Assembly: GCA_950097015.1 (NCBI GenBank)
Contig: CATNEN010000029.1
Span: 6,324,001 to 6,388,000, forward strand
Length of the DNA: 64,000 nucleotides
From: Macrostomum hystrix
Taxonomy: Eukaryota > Animalia > Platyhelminthes
Direction: 5' to 3'
Shown: positions 25,138-36,302 of the stretch, piece after piece
Layout of the letters: each line of letters begins with the position of its first letter
Numbering within the stretch: position 1 is the first letter of the stretch
Translations under genes and position numbers: made by a program
Notes under the pieces: model-generated
Seen by the model: only the letters and a program-made list of their open reading frames with translations
What the model was told of the DNA's origin: nothing
The model's database searches: none

Positions 25138-28100
25138 TCAGGGTGGTCCGTCGGTCGGTTCCGCCGCGCGATCTTCCTCGCCATAGGCTGGGAAGAAATC
25201 AGCTCGGCCGGTATCCCGGAGGAAGTGGGCGAGCTGAGGGATGTTCTCGGGCGAGCAGGCTTCGGCAAGAGTCGGTGCCGGCCCGAGGTGTTTTAGCCTA
25301 GCCCGGGTGAAGGCCGGGCAGTGGCAAATGAAATGCTCGGCGTTTTCACGGCCGGAGCAGCAGAAAGGACACGTTTCCTCAGGCACGTGGCCTTGGAGGT
25401 AGCGGTGTCTGGTGAAGCAGCCATGTCCCGAAAGGGCCATGGTGACTGCTCTCAGGTCTCTGCGGTTTAGCCTGAGTAAGGCCTTACGCAGGTTACTAGA
25501 GGGGGTTGGCACCGCAGCCCTGGACTGGCGACAGTTCAGGGTGCTGGACCACCTCCTCCGGTGCTGGGTCTCCATCCAGTGGTTGATGCTGGAGTTGACA
25601 ACGGAGGCGGGGATCGGGGATTCCGGGCCCGGGCCCATCAGGGAGCTGGCTGCTCCAGCCTTTGCAAGCTCGTCCGCCATCTCATTCCCTGTGAGCCCGG
25701 CGTGCCCAGGGATCCACATCAGCTCCACCTTGTTAGACTGCGCCAAACCGTTTAACTGGGTGTTGCAGTCCAAGGTGGTTCTGGAGCGAGAGGTGCAGCG
25801 ACTGAGGGCCTTAAGGGCTGCTTGACTGTCGGAGTGAAAAAAGATCCTCCGACCAGCCAGCTGCCTCTGGCGCAGCTCAGCCGCACAGAAGCTGATGGCG
25901 AGCATTTCGTTTTGGAAAACGCTTGAGCTCTTGCCACAGTGTTGGGAGTGGGTCCAGAGGACCTCGCCACCCGAGGCGACGCACACCCCGAATCCCGATT
26001 TACCGTTCATCAGGGAGCCGTCAGTGTAACAGTGGACTGCGGGGTCATCCCAGCAGTCCTTTACCTCATTACGAGGGAAGATGCTGACTTTGTACCTGTG
26101 GCTCCGGAGTAAAGTGGCCGGGGCCCCGTCCGAAAGGATGGTGAGCCCTCCGCACTCGCCCAGAGTTTTCAGGCAGAGGTCAGAGTGGGGCAGAAGGGAG
26201 CGCTTCGAGAAGGCTCGCGAATTCTGGAAGGATACACCCGCATCAAGGAGACGACGGGTGGACTTTGCCGCTTCCCCCTTAACAAAAATGTCAATGGGTG
26301 TAGCGTTGAGGAAAGCGTTCATGCCTTCAAAGGGAGTGGAGGGTGGGGCGCCCAGCGTCATGCGACAGGCTCTGCCCTGCACCCTATAAAGCGCCTCCAG
26401 GTTTTTCTGGATGCTCATGGCACTGGCCCAGATGAGGCCAGCGTAAGCGACTGACGGTCTAATGATCGCCGTGTAAATCCACCAAAGGTTTTTGGGGGTT
26501 AGCCCCCAAGTGGTGCCCACGGCTCGCCTGACTTGCGCCAGAATGGCCAGGGCCCTCTTGGCCTTTGTGGTAATGTGCGGGGTCCAGTTAAGCCTATGGT
26601 CTAGCAGGATACCAAGGCACCGGACCTGCTTTTCCATGGCAATATTCTTGCCATAGAGAGTCAGAGGCTCAATGGTCCAGCGCAGCCTGCTGGTAAACAT
26701 AACCGCAACGGTCTTGGACTCAGAGAGTCGGAGCCCGCATTGGTCCGCCCAGCGCACCGCCCTGTTGATAAAGCCCTGAATGAGGTCCCTGGTGGTTTCC
26801 GCCGAGGGGCCCGCGCAGATGGCGGTCACATCGTCGGCATATCCCACCTTCAGGACTGGGTCAGGCCGAGTGCTTTTTAGCAGCTCATCCATGACGAGAT
26901 TCCACAGCAGTGGGGTGAGGACGCCACCTTGGGGCCCTCCTTTTAGGACAGGTGCCGAGAGCACCCTGCCTTCGAGGTGGGCCACCACGTGGCGATTCCG
27001 GATCATGTACATGACCCAACGGACGAGGTGGGGGTGAGTGGCCCTGGAAACCAGGGCCTTCTCAAAGGCTTCGAAAATAACGTTATCGAAGGCCCCCTCA
27101 ATATCAAGGAAAACAGCCAGGGCAAAACCGCTGCCCAGCACTGCCTTCTCGAGAGTCTCCACAATGCAGTGGAGGGCGCTCTCCGTGGACCGGCCCGCCC
27201 GAAAGGCGTGCTGGTTTGGTGAGAGCGGGGCCCGCCCTAGCTCTACAGTAAGAAGGCGCCAGAGCACCAGTCTTTCCATGAGCTTGAGGCAGGTGGAAGT
27301 CAAGCTTATCGGGCGATAAGACTTGACCGAGCGATAGTCGCCTTTGGCGGGCTTCGGGATGAAGACGACCCGGGCTTCATGCCACCGCGCTGGTACGTAG
27401 CCCAGCACGATGCAGGCCCGTAGAAGTCTGCAGAGGAGATGGAGGAAGCGGCCATTTTTAACCGCTTCATGCAGAAAGGCCGGATATATACCATCTGGCC
27501 CAGGTGCTTTAAAAGGATTGAATGACTTAGCCGCGCGAACGATGCGGTCATTCGTAACGAGTGACTGAGCCAGGCCCTGACCTCCACGCGAGTGGTCGTC
27601 TGGGCCGAAGTGCGCCGGTACACTCGGGAAGAAATGCCCTAGCATAAGCTCGAGCGTTTCCTCCGGGCGCTCAGTGATCGAGCCGTCCGGCTTTTTAATC
27701 GATGAGAGCTTGGAGAAGCGGTCGTTGGTGAGCGCCTTTACCACGCGGGCCGTGGGCCGCGAGCCCTCAAGCCCTTCGCAGTATTGTCGCCACTTGTCCG
27801 CTTTTGCCCTTCTGACCCGGCCCTTAAACTCATGGATGGCGCGAGTATAGGCCTCTTTGTCATCAGGGTCGTGCGAGGTTTTCAGCTTCCTCTGGAGAGC
27901 CTTAGCTCGGCGTCTTAGGACTCCGAGCTCGGGGTTCCACCAGGGGGCCGATTTTTTGCCTTTGTAGGCTTTGAGCGGGCAAGCCATTTCGTAGGCCTCT
28001 GTGATGGCGCCGCCCAGCAGGGCAGCCACTCCATCCAGGTCCTGCGTGGTTTCCATGGCCATGGAGGGGTCAGAATCCCGAAGGCCCTCATGCAGCTTTT

Positions 28101-28842
28101 GGCTGAACGCGGGCCAGTCGGTATTTCTGACATTACGCCTCCAAATAGGCTTTTGCTTCTTATCGGGGGTGCCGATGTTGAAACGGATGAAACGGTGGTC
28201 CGAGAGCGAGCTTTCGGTCTCCCACACCTCCCACCCCAGCACCCTTGGGAGGATGCCGGGTGAGGCCAGGGTGACGTCAAGCACCTCAGCCCACCGCCCA
28301 TTGTCGAAAGTGGGCGAGTTGCCCACATTGCAGAAGTTTAGAGGCGTGCCGCTGACGAAGGCCAGGAGCTCTTCGCCGCGGTCATTGATTTTTGAGCTAC
28401 CCCAGTGGGTGTGATGCGAGTTTACATCTCCCGCGAGGAGCAGCTCGAAGTTTCGTGCCCTGGCGAATTCACAGAGGGCGACGAGGGTATCGCTAACCAC
28501 GGGGGCGTCGCCTGCCAGGTAGGCGGATGCCACGAGGGTCAACTTGTTAGGCACAATGTGTGCAGATTGGATGACGCAGATGTCCCCGTTAGAGAGATCG
28601 GGTCTCATCCACGCATTTAAGGCTTTTGCGGCATAGATCAGTGATCTAGGGCGGACAGAGTCTGCCATGCAGAAGCAGTCATAGCCAGCAGGAATGTTGC
28701 TTGGCTTGTTCTTTGATAGCCAGGGCTCCTGCACAAGTACAAGGCCCGGCATCATGCGCTCTGTCGTGCGCATCAGATTGACTGATGCTGCCACGCAGTG
28801 CTGGGTGTTAACTTGCAGACATGATATTCCGGGGATCATCAT
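25138..28842 (-). CDS. LINE ORF2: AP endonuclease, reverse transcriptase, RNase H, C-terminal Cys/His knuckle (1234 aa)
   Basis: VQEPW, GDVNSHH, SDHRFI (APE); [29 protein letters not shown] (RT); [27 protein letters not shown] (RNase H); [14 protein letters not shown]. Confidence 0.97.
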   Translation of the reverse strand: MMIPGISCLQVNTQHCVAASVNLMRTTERMMPGLVLVQEPWLSKNKPSNIPAGYDCFCMADSVRPRSLIYAAKALNAWMRPDLSNGDICVIQSAHIVPNKLTLVASAYLAGDAPVVSDTLVALCEFARARNFELLLAGDVNSHHTHWGSSKINDRGEELLAFVSGTPLNFCNVGNSPTFDNGRWAEVLDVTLASPGILPRVLGWEVWETESSLSDHRFIRFNIGTPDKKQKPIWRRNVRNTDWPAFSQKLHEGLRDSDPSMAMETTQDLDGVAALLGGAITEAYEMACPLKAYKGKKSAPWWNPELGVLRRRAKALQRKLKTSHDPDDKEAYTRAIHEFKGRVRRAKADKWRQYCEGLEGSRPTARVVKALTNDRFSKLSSIKKPDGSITERPEETLELMLGHFFPSVPAHFGPDDHSRGGQGLAQSLVTNDRIVRAAKSFNPFKAPGPDGIYPAFLHEAVKNGRFLHLLCRLLRACIVLGYVPARWHEARVVFIPKPAKGDYRSVKSYRPISLTSTCLKLMERLVLWRLLTVELGRAPLSPNQHAFRAGRSTESALHCIVETLEKAVLGSGFALAVFLDIEGAFDNVIFEAFEKALVSRATHPHLVRWVMYMIRNRHVVAHLEGRVLSAPVLKGGPQGGVLTPLLWNLVMDELLKSTRPDPVLKVGYADDVTAICAGPSAETTRDLIQGFINRAVRWADQCGLRLSESKTVAVMFTSRLRWTIEPLTLYGKNIAMEKQVRCLGILLDHRLNWTPHITTKAKRALAILAQVRRAVGTTWGLTPKNLWWIYTAIIRPSVAYAGLIWASAMSIQKNLEALYRVQGRACRMTLGAPPSTPFEGMNAFLNATPIDIFVKGEAAKSTRRLLDAGVSFQNSRAFSKRSLLPHSDLCLKTLGECGGLTILSDGAPATLLRSHRYKVSIFPRNEVKDCWDDPAVHCYTDGSLMNGKSGFGVCVASGGEVLWTHSQHCGKSSSVFQNEMLAISFCAAELRQRQLAGRRIFFHSDSQAALKALSRCTSRSRTTLDCNTQLNGLAQSNKVELMWIPGHAGLTGNEMADELAKAGAASSLMGPGPESPIPASVVNSSINHWMETQHRRRWSSTLNCRQSRAAVPTPSSNLRKALLRLNRRDLRAVTMALSGHGCFTRHRYLQGHVPEETCPFCCSGRENAEHFICHCPAFTRARLKHLGPAPTLAEACSPENIPQLAHFLRDTGRADFFPAYGEEDRAAEPTDGPP

Positions 28843-28854
28843 GCAGGCAGAGGT

Positions 28855-30402
28855 CTACTTGGAGGGGGACCCAGCCAGAAGGCGGTCCTCCTCCTCCGGG
28901 TCGATGTCGGTAGCCATGGGCTCCTCCGTGCCCAGGCCCCGAGCCGGAGACGGGAACTCGACGGCGTCAGCCGCCCAGTCCCCGCCCCCGGCCCCGAGCC
29001 CAGGCCCAGAGTCGCCCTCAACTGGAGCCGACACCGCTCCCTGGGCCGTGGGAGGGGCGCTCGAAGGGCCCTGCTCGATGGAGCTGGGCACCTCTGAGGC
29101 CTCCCCCGTAGCCCTTGGTTGCGGCGCCTGCCCCGGTGGGCCACCGCGCATCTCAGCGCGCAGCTGGGCCATCTTGGCGGTTCGCACCACCTCGGAGGCC
29201 CGCTGGAGAAGGCCCCGGCGCTTTGTGACACGCGCGGGGCGACGCTCAGAGCTGCCAGCGATGGCACGCTCTGGCCTTTTTTGGCGGGACGACTGGGCCC
29301 TGCCCCCAGTCCCAGCCTTGGGGTCCGAGGACCCTTCATTGGCCGGTACGGTGGTGGGCCCGGTCTGACCTCGGGTTTTATCCGCCTCGAAGGCGAAGAT
29401 TTTGGTCTTCCACAGACCAATGCAAATGTTGGCGCCATCTGGGTAGCGGCGTGTCCATTGCTCGGACAGGCCCAGAATGGCGGTGAAACCGGTGCCGTCG
29501 GGGCGCAGGATCGTGCGGTGCACGATCAGGCCCGCTGTCGGCAGCTCCCGGTTCATCGCGATGAGGCCCCTGCGGAGGTCCTCAGCGCTGGTGACGACAC
29601 TTTTCGCCGGGACGAAGATACGGTGTCGCTTGGTCTTTGGTGGCTCGTTCTCCCGTAGGAACTCGAGGCCAGCCGCCCAGCTCTGCGTGGGCAGCAACTC
29701 GAGGAGCCGCCGCCCCGATTCCGCATCGCCGGGCCAGACGACGAAGCACGATTCCCTGGTAGCGCTTGCGCCGACCGCCAGGGGCTCGCCCTTCAGTTGA
29801 AGTTGCCACAACATAGCATCTATGTTGCGGCAAATGTCGCTGAGCTGTTCGCTGCTCAGCCTTTTCCCGTCTCTGCCGGTGATGATGACGGCAGGTTGCC
29901 TACGTGCGATGGCGGCGTAGGTAGCTTGTGGTCCCGGGCCCTGTCCGGTGGCGTCCCCACCCTCGGGATCTGCGTCGGCGGTGGGCACAGGGCCCTCCGC
30001 CTCCGCTTCTCCTTCGGGCCGGGCAGCCGTCCGGATGGGCGCCGGGCCCTCCTTGGCCCGCGACCCTGGCCTCGGGGCGTCGTGGGCTCCGCCCCGTGCA
30101 GGAGCCTGGGCAGGAGGCACAAGGCCCCCCGCCCCAGCCCCCGCCCTAGGCAGAGCCCCTTCGGCCCCTCTGGCCTGGGCCTGGTCCTTGGTCAATGGAG
30201 CCGACGTGCCGTGGGCCAGCATGCGCCTACGGCGTTTTGCCGCTCCAGAGGTGGTGGAGCGCTTAGCGCCCCGGTCATCGCGCGAGTTGGGCAGCGCGGC
30301 ATTTGTGGCGGTCGCGGGGCCAGCTAGCCCGGGCGCCGCAGCGTGTATGGCCTCAGGCACCATGGTGTCCTCGGCCGGAGCAGTTGAAGGGCTAGAAGCC
30401 AT
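28855..30402 (-). CDS. LINE ORF1 (gag-like, 515 aa from ATG 30402); no CCHC knuckle; central domain reminiscent of DUF4780
   Basis: Long intact ORF directly upstream of ORF2; basic, low-complexity flanks around a folded core; the DUF call is by eye. Confidence 0.85.
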   Translation of the reverse strand: MASSPSTAPAEDTMVPEAIHAAAPGLAGPATATNAALPNSRDDRGAKRSTTSGAAKRRRRMLAHGTSAPLTKDQAQARGAEGALPRAGAGAGGLVPPAQAPARGGAHDAPRPGSRAKEGPAPIRTAARPEGEAEAEGPVPTADADPEGGDATGQGPGPQATYAAIARRQPAVIITGRDGKRLSSEQLSDICRNIDAMLWQLQLKGEPLAVGASATRESCFVVWPGDAESGRRLLELLPTQSWAAGLEFLRENEPPKTKRHRIFVPAKSVVTSAEDLRRGLIAMNRELPTAGLIVHRTILRPDGTGFTAILGLSEQWTRRYPDGANICIGLWKTKIFAFEADKTRGQTGPTTVPANEGSSDPKAGTGGRAQSSRQKRPERAIAGSSERRPARVTKRRGLLQRASEVVRTAKMAQLRAEMRGGPPGQAPQPRATGEASEVPSSIEQGPSSAPPTAQGAVSAPVEGDSGPGLGAGGGDWAADAVEFPSPARGLGTEEPMATDIDPEEEDRLLAGSPSK

Positions 30403-31082
30403 TGAAAGCTGCAATGAAGAGAGGGGCTTCCTGTAGACACAGGCAGGAATAACCCGCTCAGCCGCGATCCCAAAACTGAGCGGGGGCAGCCAAAAAAGAC
30501 AAGTTACAACCCGGGGTGGGATGCCAGGACCACCGGGAGGAACCGTAAGAGACCAGACTACTCCCTGGCCAAGCGTCCATCAGCACGGTCAACACTGGGA
30601 CATTGGAGGGTGCCATTGAGCCGGCGCCGAGGCCTGCGGGCTGGCCGCAAACCCTGTTAAGGTCAAAGGGTGACACCTGTCCCTCAGGGCCGTAGCCAGA
30701 GGTACCTGATCACGCACAGGTGCACGAAAATTGCGGACAAGCCACATACCCTGTTAAGGTCAAAGGGTGACACCTTTCCCTCCAGCCGGGGCTAGAGGTA
30801 CCCAGTTTGGCCGGAGGCCCTGGATGGGTCATCCAGCGCTGTTGCCCATTCTGTCCGGCTGCCCTAGGGTCAGCCTTGAACACTCGCGGGACGTGTACCC
30901 ATGGGTCAGCTGACGGGACAGCGTTGGAGGGATTCCTGCACCCGAAGGTACAGGTCTCCTTCCTGCCAGGCCTGCTCAAAAAACGGCTGCAGGTGTGAGG
31001 CATCGCAGACCAAAGCCCGTGGGCCTGGACTGACTCATACCTCACAGGCACTGTGTCCCGCCGGTGCGAGCTTTTATCCCCC

Positions 31083-31652
31083 AGTTATCCCCCAATATCA
31101 TTAGTTATCCCCCAAGTATCATTAGTTATCCCCCAATATCATTAGTTATCCCCAAGTATCATTAGTTACCCCCCAATATCATTAGTTATCCCCAAATATC
31201 ATCAGTTATCCCCAAATATCATCAGTTATCCCCAAATATCATCAGTTATCCCCCAATATCATCAGTTATCCCCAAATATCATTAGTTATCCCCAAATATC
31301 ATTAGTTACCCCCCAATATCATTAGTTACCCCCCAATATCATTAGTTATCCCCCAATATCATTAGTTATCCCCCAAGTATCATTAGTTATCCCCCAATAT
31401 CATTAGTTATCCCCAAGTATCATTAGTTACCCCCCAATATCATTAGTTATCCCCAAATATCATCAGTTATCCCCAAATATCATCAGTTATCCCCAAATAT
31501 CATCAGTTATCCCCCAATATCATCAGTTATCCCCAAATATCATTAGTTATCCCCAAATATCATTAGTTACCCCCCAATATCATTAGTTACCCCCCAATAT
31601 CATTAGTTATCCCCAAATATCATTAGTTATCCCCAAATATCATTAGTTATCC
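31083..31652. repeat. 20-bp minisatellite, right of the LINE; two 261-bp (13-monomer) higher-order units
   Basis: Monomer series 31083-31343 repeats at 31344-31604. Confidence 0.95.
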
Positions 31653-31670
31653 TAAATAAACCGCAACCAG

Positions 31671-31828
31671 ATCACGCTGCCGAACCCGCTGTCTCGCCTC
31701 GTGGCTTCCATGTTCATCAGCGCCGCGGAGCCCCACCGAGTCAACTACGAGAGAGTGTTGTCATTTATCGGCGCCTGCTTGAAGACTGCCGGCACTGACA
31801 ACAACTTCCAGCTGGTCAACAGCTCCCA
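31671..31828 (+). CDS. C1orf87: C1orf87-like exon F
   Basis: aaccag|ATC ... CA|gtgagg; ITLPNPLSRLVASMF...VNYERVLSFI. Confidence 0.85.
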
Positions 31829-31907
31829 GTGAGGGTCTCCGGGTTCTTTCAATCTAAACTGTTGCAGAAAAAATGTTCCAATTTTAATTGAAACCTCGAA
31901 ATTCCAG

Positions 31908-32063
31908 GTATGATAGTCCGCGACATCGAACCTCGTATCAGCAGAGCTTCAATGAGCCGCAGCGACTGGCAACCAGCGTCACCGAGCGAATGCAGCTGCA
32001 GGCGGCAGGCGGGCCGGGTGGCCACAGTCCAGTCTATTATCACCAGGACACAGACTTCCCGGC
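31908..32063 (+). CDS. C1orf87: C1orf87-like exon G
   Basis: attccag|G ... GC|gtgagt; phase 2 to 2; open frame. Confidence 0.75.
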
Positions 32064-32254
32064 GTGAGTCACCTCTGACTGCTCCTACTACAAAGTTCAC
32101 GCCTCCACTAAGCACCCAAATCACCCCACCACCCCTACACCGTGCGCCCCACCACCCCACACCGCGCGATCCACCAACCAGCACAGTGCGCCCCGCCACC
32201 CCAGTACTGTGCGCCCCGCCACCTGATAAATAAACTACAATTGTGTTTGCTTAG

Positions 32255-33045
32255 CCCACCGACGCAAGGCACGCAGCGTTCCTCTATCGATGTCGGTGGC
32301 GGTGGCAGCGTCGGCGTCAGTAACAGCGGCGGCGGCAGCGGCGTCCTAACGGACCGCGACCTGCCCCGCGTCCTACGCCAGCTGGAGGCCGAGCTCGCCA
32401 CCATCGACCGGCCGGTGAACTTCGAGACGCTGCGACTGGCCTTTCAGCGAGCCGACCGCCTGCTGCGGGGCACGCTGAGCCGGGAGCAGCTGAAACAGCT
32501 GCTGTGGGACTTCCGTATCCCAATGCGAGAGCACGTGCTGGACAATGTGATCTCGCTCTGCCGGCACCGCGGCGGTGGCCAGTACGACTGGGAGCAGTTC
32601 CTGCAGTTCATGGAGCGAATGACACCCCAGAACACCGGCCTGAGGATCCCGTCATCCAAGAAGCCGATCGAGTTCGCCAAGCATTTTCCGCAGCCGGCGC
32701 CGTCCTGGCCACACGCCGAAACTTCGGCCGGCGATGGCGTCATGCGGCATCAGCAGCAGCAGCAGCTTCGAACTGCCGCTCATCAGCCGCCGCCACCGCC
32801 GCCGCCGCCGCCGCCTCCACCACCACCGGTTCAACCGCCGCAGGAGCCGCTCTATCGGTCTCAGCCGCAGCCGCAGCCGCATCCACCACCTCCGCAGCAG
32901 CCGCCGATTCTGACGCAACGCGACCTGCCTCCGCCGCCTAGCACAAGGAGGCCGCTGCCCAACCAGCAGGTGATCGCAGAGCCCTGGTTCAATCGGTTTA
33001 TGAAACTGGCCGACGCATTGTATCGCCATGACAACGATTCGCGTG
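32255..33045 (+). CDS. C1orf87: C1orf87-like exon H (EF-hand-like pair plus Pro/Gln-rich linker)
   Basis: tgcttag|C ... CGT G|gtcaga; lies within ORF 32142-33137. Confidence 0.88.
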
Positions 33046-33159
33046 GTCAGAATTTCTTTTATTTGAGTCTTCTTTTTATCTTTGAGTGTTATAAATCAGT
33101 AACAATGTTCATTATCTACTGTAGGATAAAATCCTGAATGAAAACAACTGTTCCCACAG

Positions 33160-33329
33160 GCTTCCTGAGCGAAGATCAGGTACGCCGCCTGGTTGACAGG
33201 TACAACCAGGACTATCAGCTGGCGCTGGACCAGACCTCGGTGCAGGCGGCTCTGAATGCCACCCGAGCCAGCAGCGGCCGCGTCGACATCAACGCCTTCC
33301 TGAAGCGACTGGCCGTTCGGGTTAATTAA
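33160..33329 (+). CDS. C1orf87: C1orf87-like last exon
   Basis: ttcccacag|GC; GFLSEDQVRRLVDRYNQDYQLAL...VRVN*. Confidence 0.88.
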
Positions 33330-35176
33330 AACTATTTTTCATCGATCGTATTCGAATGTTTGTTTTTACTTAATTTCTAAACAAGGAGGTTTGAATTTTA
33401 TGGAGTTTATTATTAATATGTCAGGAAACTTCTATTAGTATTGTGCATGTAATTTTTTGGAGCAATTGATATTGCGATTAAACACTATACATTTGAGCTA
33501 TATTACAAAAACGAAAATCAAGAACATTTGACGTCTGCGTCTTACTCTACTGATAGTAATAGTATTCAACTCAACCAAAAATTCTGATTGTATTTTTTAC
33601 TATAGAATTGTGAACCGCGGTTGTTCTTTGCTCTTTGCTCTTTAAATGTAATTTTCTCGCTTTGTTAAAAGTTGAATCGATATAGACCTAACCGATTGGA
33701 TAAAGTTTGAAAATTATTTTTATAATGAGCTTTACCTTTGTAACTATTGTGATATTTCTTCTGTGGATTCTTTACAATTTTTTCTATTCTTTTTTCTTAT
33801 ACTAGACCAGTATGCAACAGGCTGTTAATTTTTCTTAAGAGGCTGTTAATGTCGAGTTATAATTAACTATTTACTCTTTTAGCCTTCTCGATCGTGTATA
33901 ACAAATATATTGTTGCAGAAATGTATTTTATAATTGCTGCTGTGCCTACAGACTATCTTGCCTTATTTATTTTATGCTTGAGGCCGCTAAAAGCTGACAT
34001 GTTTTCAAGAATTGCCGGATGATTTTGCGAAACTGACAATTTACGTAATAAAACTGAAAACTAAATTCACGCCGTAATTCTATGGAACTGGAATTACAGC
34101 GAACATGTGATGATGATTCCATTTAATAGATTTATTTGTATTTACAGAAGCCTGCATGAGTATATGAACGTGAGGTATCTGACAAATCTCTTGATAATTT
34201 TAATTATTATGTCTGTAATTATTAATAGTTTTAATTATTATAATTATCGTGCTTTTTGTTGTTTGGCCATCTCATATAGCAATGACTCCGGTTTGGTAAT
34301 GGGTCACATAGATGTGCGAACTTGTATGCAGCTTGTGTGTGGCTGCGAAACAATTGCATTATAGCCATCTTCGTCTCACTCAATGCAGCTGGCTTTTAGT
34401 GCAACTCTAGGCGATCTTGCTCGATCAGACTCCCGTTCCGCTAGCAGTATTTTGCCAAACCAACGAAGTGCAATATTACAAGGAATATAAAATGATCATC
34501 TTTGATTACGTGAAACATGAAAAGCTGATAAACTGTGATGAAAGAAACGTCCTATAGTGTTTGTTAAAAAAATATACAGAGAATGTTAGGAATAAATTTC
34601 ACGAATAAATTGCCTTTACAAATTAACCTTTAACGACTTGCAAACATTCGATTACAAGTGGCATACAATTCTCTTAAACGAGTGTTTGCTGTTTAAACAC
34701 TAGGATTTTTCTGAAAAGTTATATTTATCTGCTAAGAGTTATTCTCCTTACATATTGAAGCAAGTGTTCATTATTATATTAGGTGTCAATTTTTAATGGA
34801 AAAACGTATATATTATATTAGATTGCATCAAAGCGTGGCTTTTATCTAAAAAAAAAGTCTATTTTTTTCTTTGCTTATATAAAATTCTTATTGGAGTCTG
34901 TTGCTTTTTTCTTTGTTTTATTGCTACATATAATACGAAGATGTATTTGCGCGTAACTTTAATATTCGTGAATCTAATGTAAATTTTCTATTGCCATCGG
35001 CAAACGCACTCATATAAGGAAATATTTTGTTAATCAAGTGGTTGGCAATTTAAAGATACTTCTTATTTCAGCCCAAAACCTATATTTTTACTTTCAATCG
35101 CAGTAAAACCATTAAAATATTTTTCCAAATCATTTTTCTTTCTTAATAAGCTCTAGATATGTCCTGATCACTATGC

Positions 35177-35315
35177 ATGATCATGAAGGACAACACAAAT
35201 AACAATAACACTAACAGTAAAAATGCTAATAAAATGGTTTCGAATCATACATCAAAAGAAGAGCAGTATATTGGACCTTACAGATTGGAGAAGACTCTGG
35301 GGAAGGGTCAAACAG
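35177..35315 (+). CDS. BRSK2: BRSK/SAD kinase exon 1
   Basis: ATG ... QYIGPYRLEKTLGKGQT G|gtaaga. Confidence 0.93.
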
Positions 35316-36302
35316 GTAAGAAGCGATTATTACATAATAAACATATATTTGTAAATCTTTAAATAAATTTACTCGTAGATAAAAAAATTGTTGATCTTTG
35401 TTGTGCTTTTTTATCATGTTTAGTTTATAAATTATTAGTAAAAGTGGAGTACACTGAATCTAAGTGCAATCGGAAATTTTCTGGTCAAACTTTATTATAT
35501 AATAATAATCAAAAGTTTCCTTAATTTTATTTTATTCCTTGCCCTATTTTATATTTTGTTTTTTTCTTAAAAGTTATAAATTCGTCATAGTAGAGTTTGA
35601 TGCATTTGTACCAATATTTTTATGATGTAGAATTATATTTTTTACAGAATTTACTGAGACCTTGTCATAAAAACCTCATTATATTGTTTAATAAAGTACT
35701 TGTTATTTGTTTTTTTATCTTTAGGACGGCACAAAATATCTAACTGTTTGAAAGAAAAAGTTAGAAAATAATGAATAGCATGTTACAATATGTTATAATT
35801 TATATTAGTAAATAAACAGAACTAAATAGTTACTGTAGATGAAGTATTTTATATAAAAAAATAACTCAACAAGGGTATTCTTCCAACTGAAAATGTATCA
35901 TGCTCTTTTATGTAGTGCATATATAATTTTTTTTAAGTAGTAAGAATGTAGAACAGTGGGAATATTCTGTGGTTATATTTACAACAAAAAGTTTAATCAT
36001 AGCTCGCGTAATGTTTCAATGGCTTTAACTTGTATGCTGGATGTATTTGGATAAGCTGCATACAGTTTATTTACTTTAAGAATAATGAAAATCAATCAAT
36101 CTAGTCATTGTTGCATCATCTGGATAGTGATTAATTAGCGATTCTCTGTAGCACCAAGGCTAGCCATTCGATTAAAAGTAATTTTAAATATTTAAATCCA
36201 ACTAAACAAAAGAACTAATGAGGTTTCGTAAGAAAATATTCAATGATTCTAAATATATGATATTTTAGCTGAAGTTTTTCGATTTCTTTCCCCATTTCAC
36301 AG

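Larger units (their letters stand above)
25020..31082 (-). mobile_element. Full-length non-LTR retrotransposon (I group, LOA/R1-like), ~6.06 kb, antisense in a host intron
   Basis: Two intact ORFs, ~680-nt 5' UTR, ~100-nt 3' UTR, tail TAAGTCAAGTAAGTCAA; sharp GC-rich boundaries within the satellite; clade is inferred from domain order. Confidence 0.93.
19514..33329 (+). other. C1orf87: Gene span, C1orf87-like EF-hand-like protein: join(19514-19665,21168-21343,21659-21708,22392-22639,23117-23276,31671-31828,31908-32063,32255-33045,33160-33329); 686 aa, start exon not located
   Basis: Nine exons sum to 2061 nt with consistent phases; blocks PVIKAKIVGGK, VNYERVLSFI, LAFQRADR..GTL, WEQFLQFM, WFNRFMKLADALY, RRLVDRYNQDYQLAL resemble recalled human C1orf87. 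Confidence 0.72.

Noticed and set aside
25053-30436. Many plus-strand and alternate-frame ORFs over the LINE
   Set aside because: Shadow ORFs of GC-rich ORF1/ORF2 with no motifs.
31071-31082. Twister-like GGAUAAAAG at the LINE 5' end
   Set aside because: The rest of the twister core (UAA cleavage loop, CCGGUNCAAGYCCGG-like segment) is not present.
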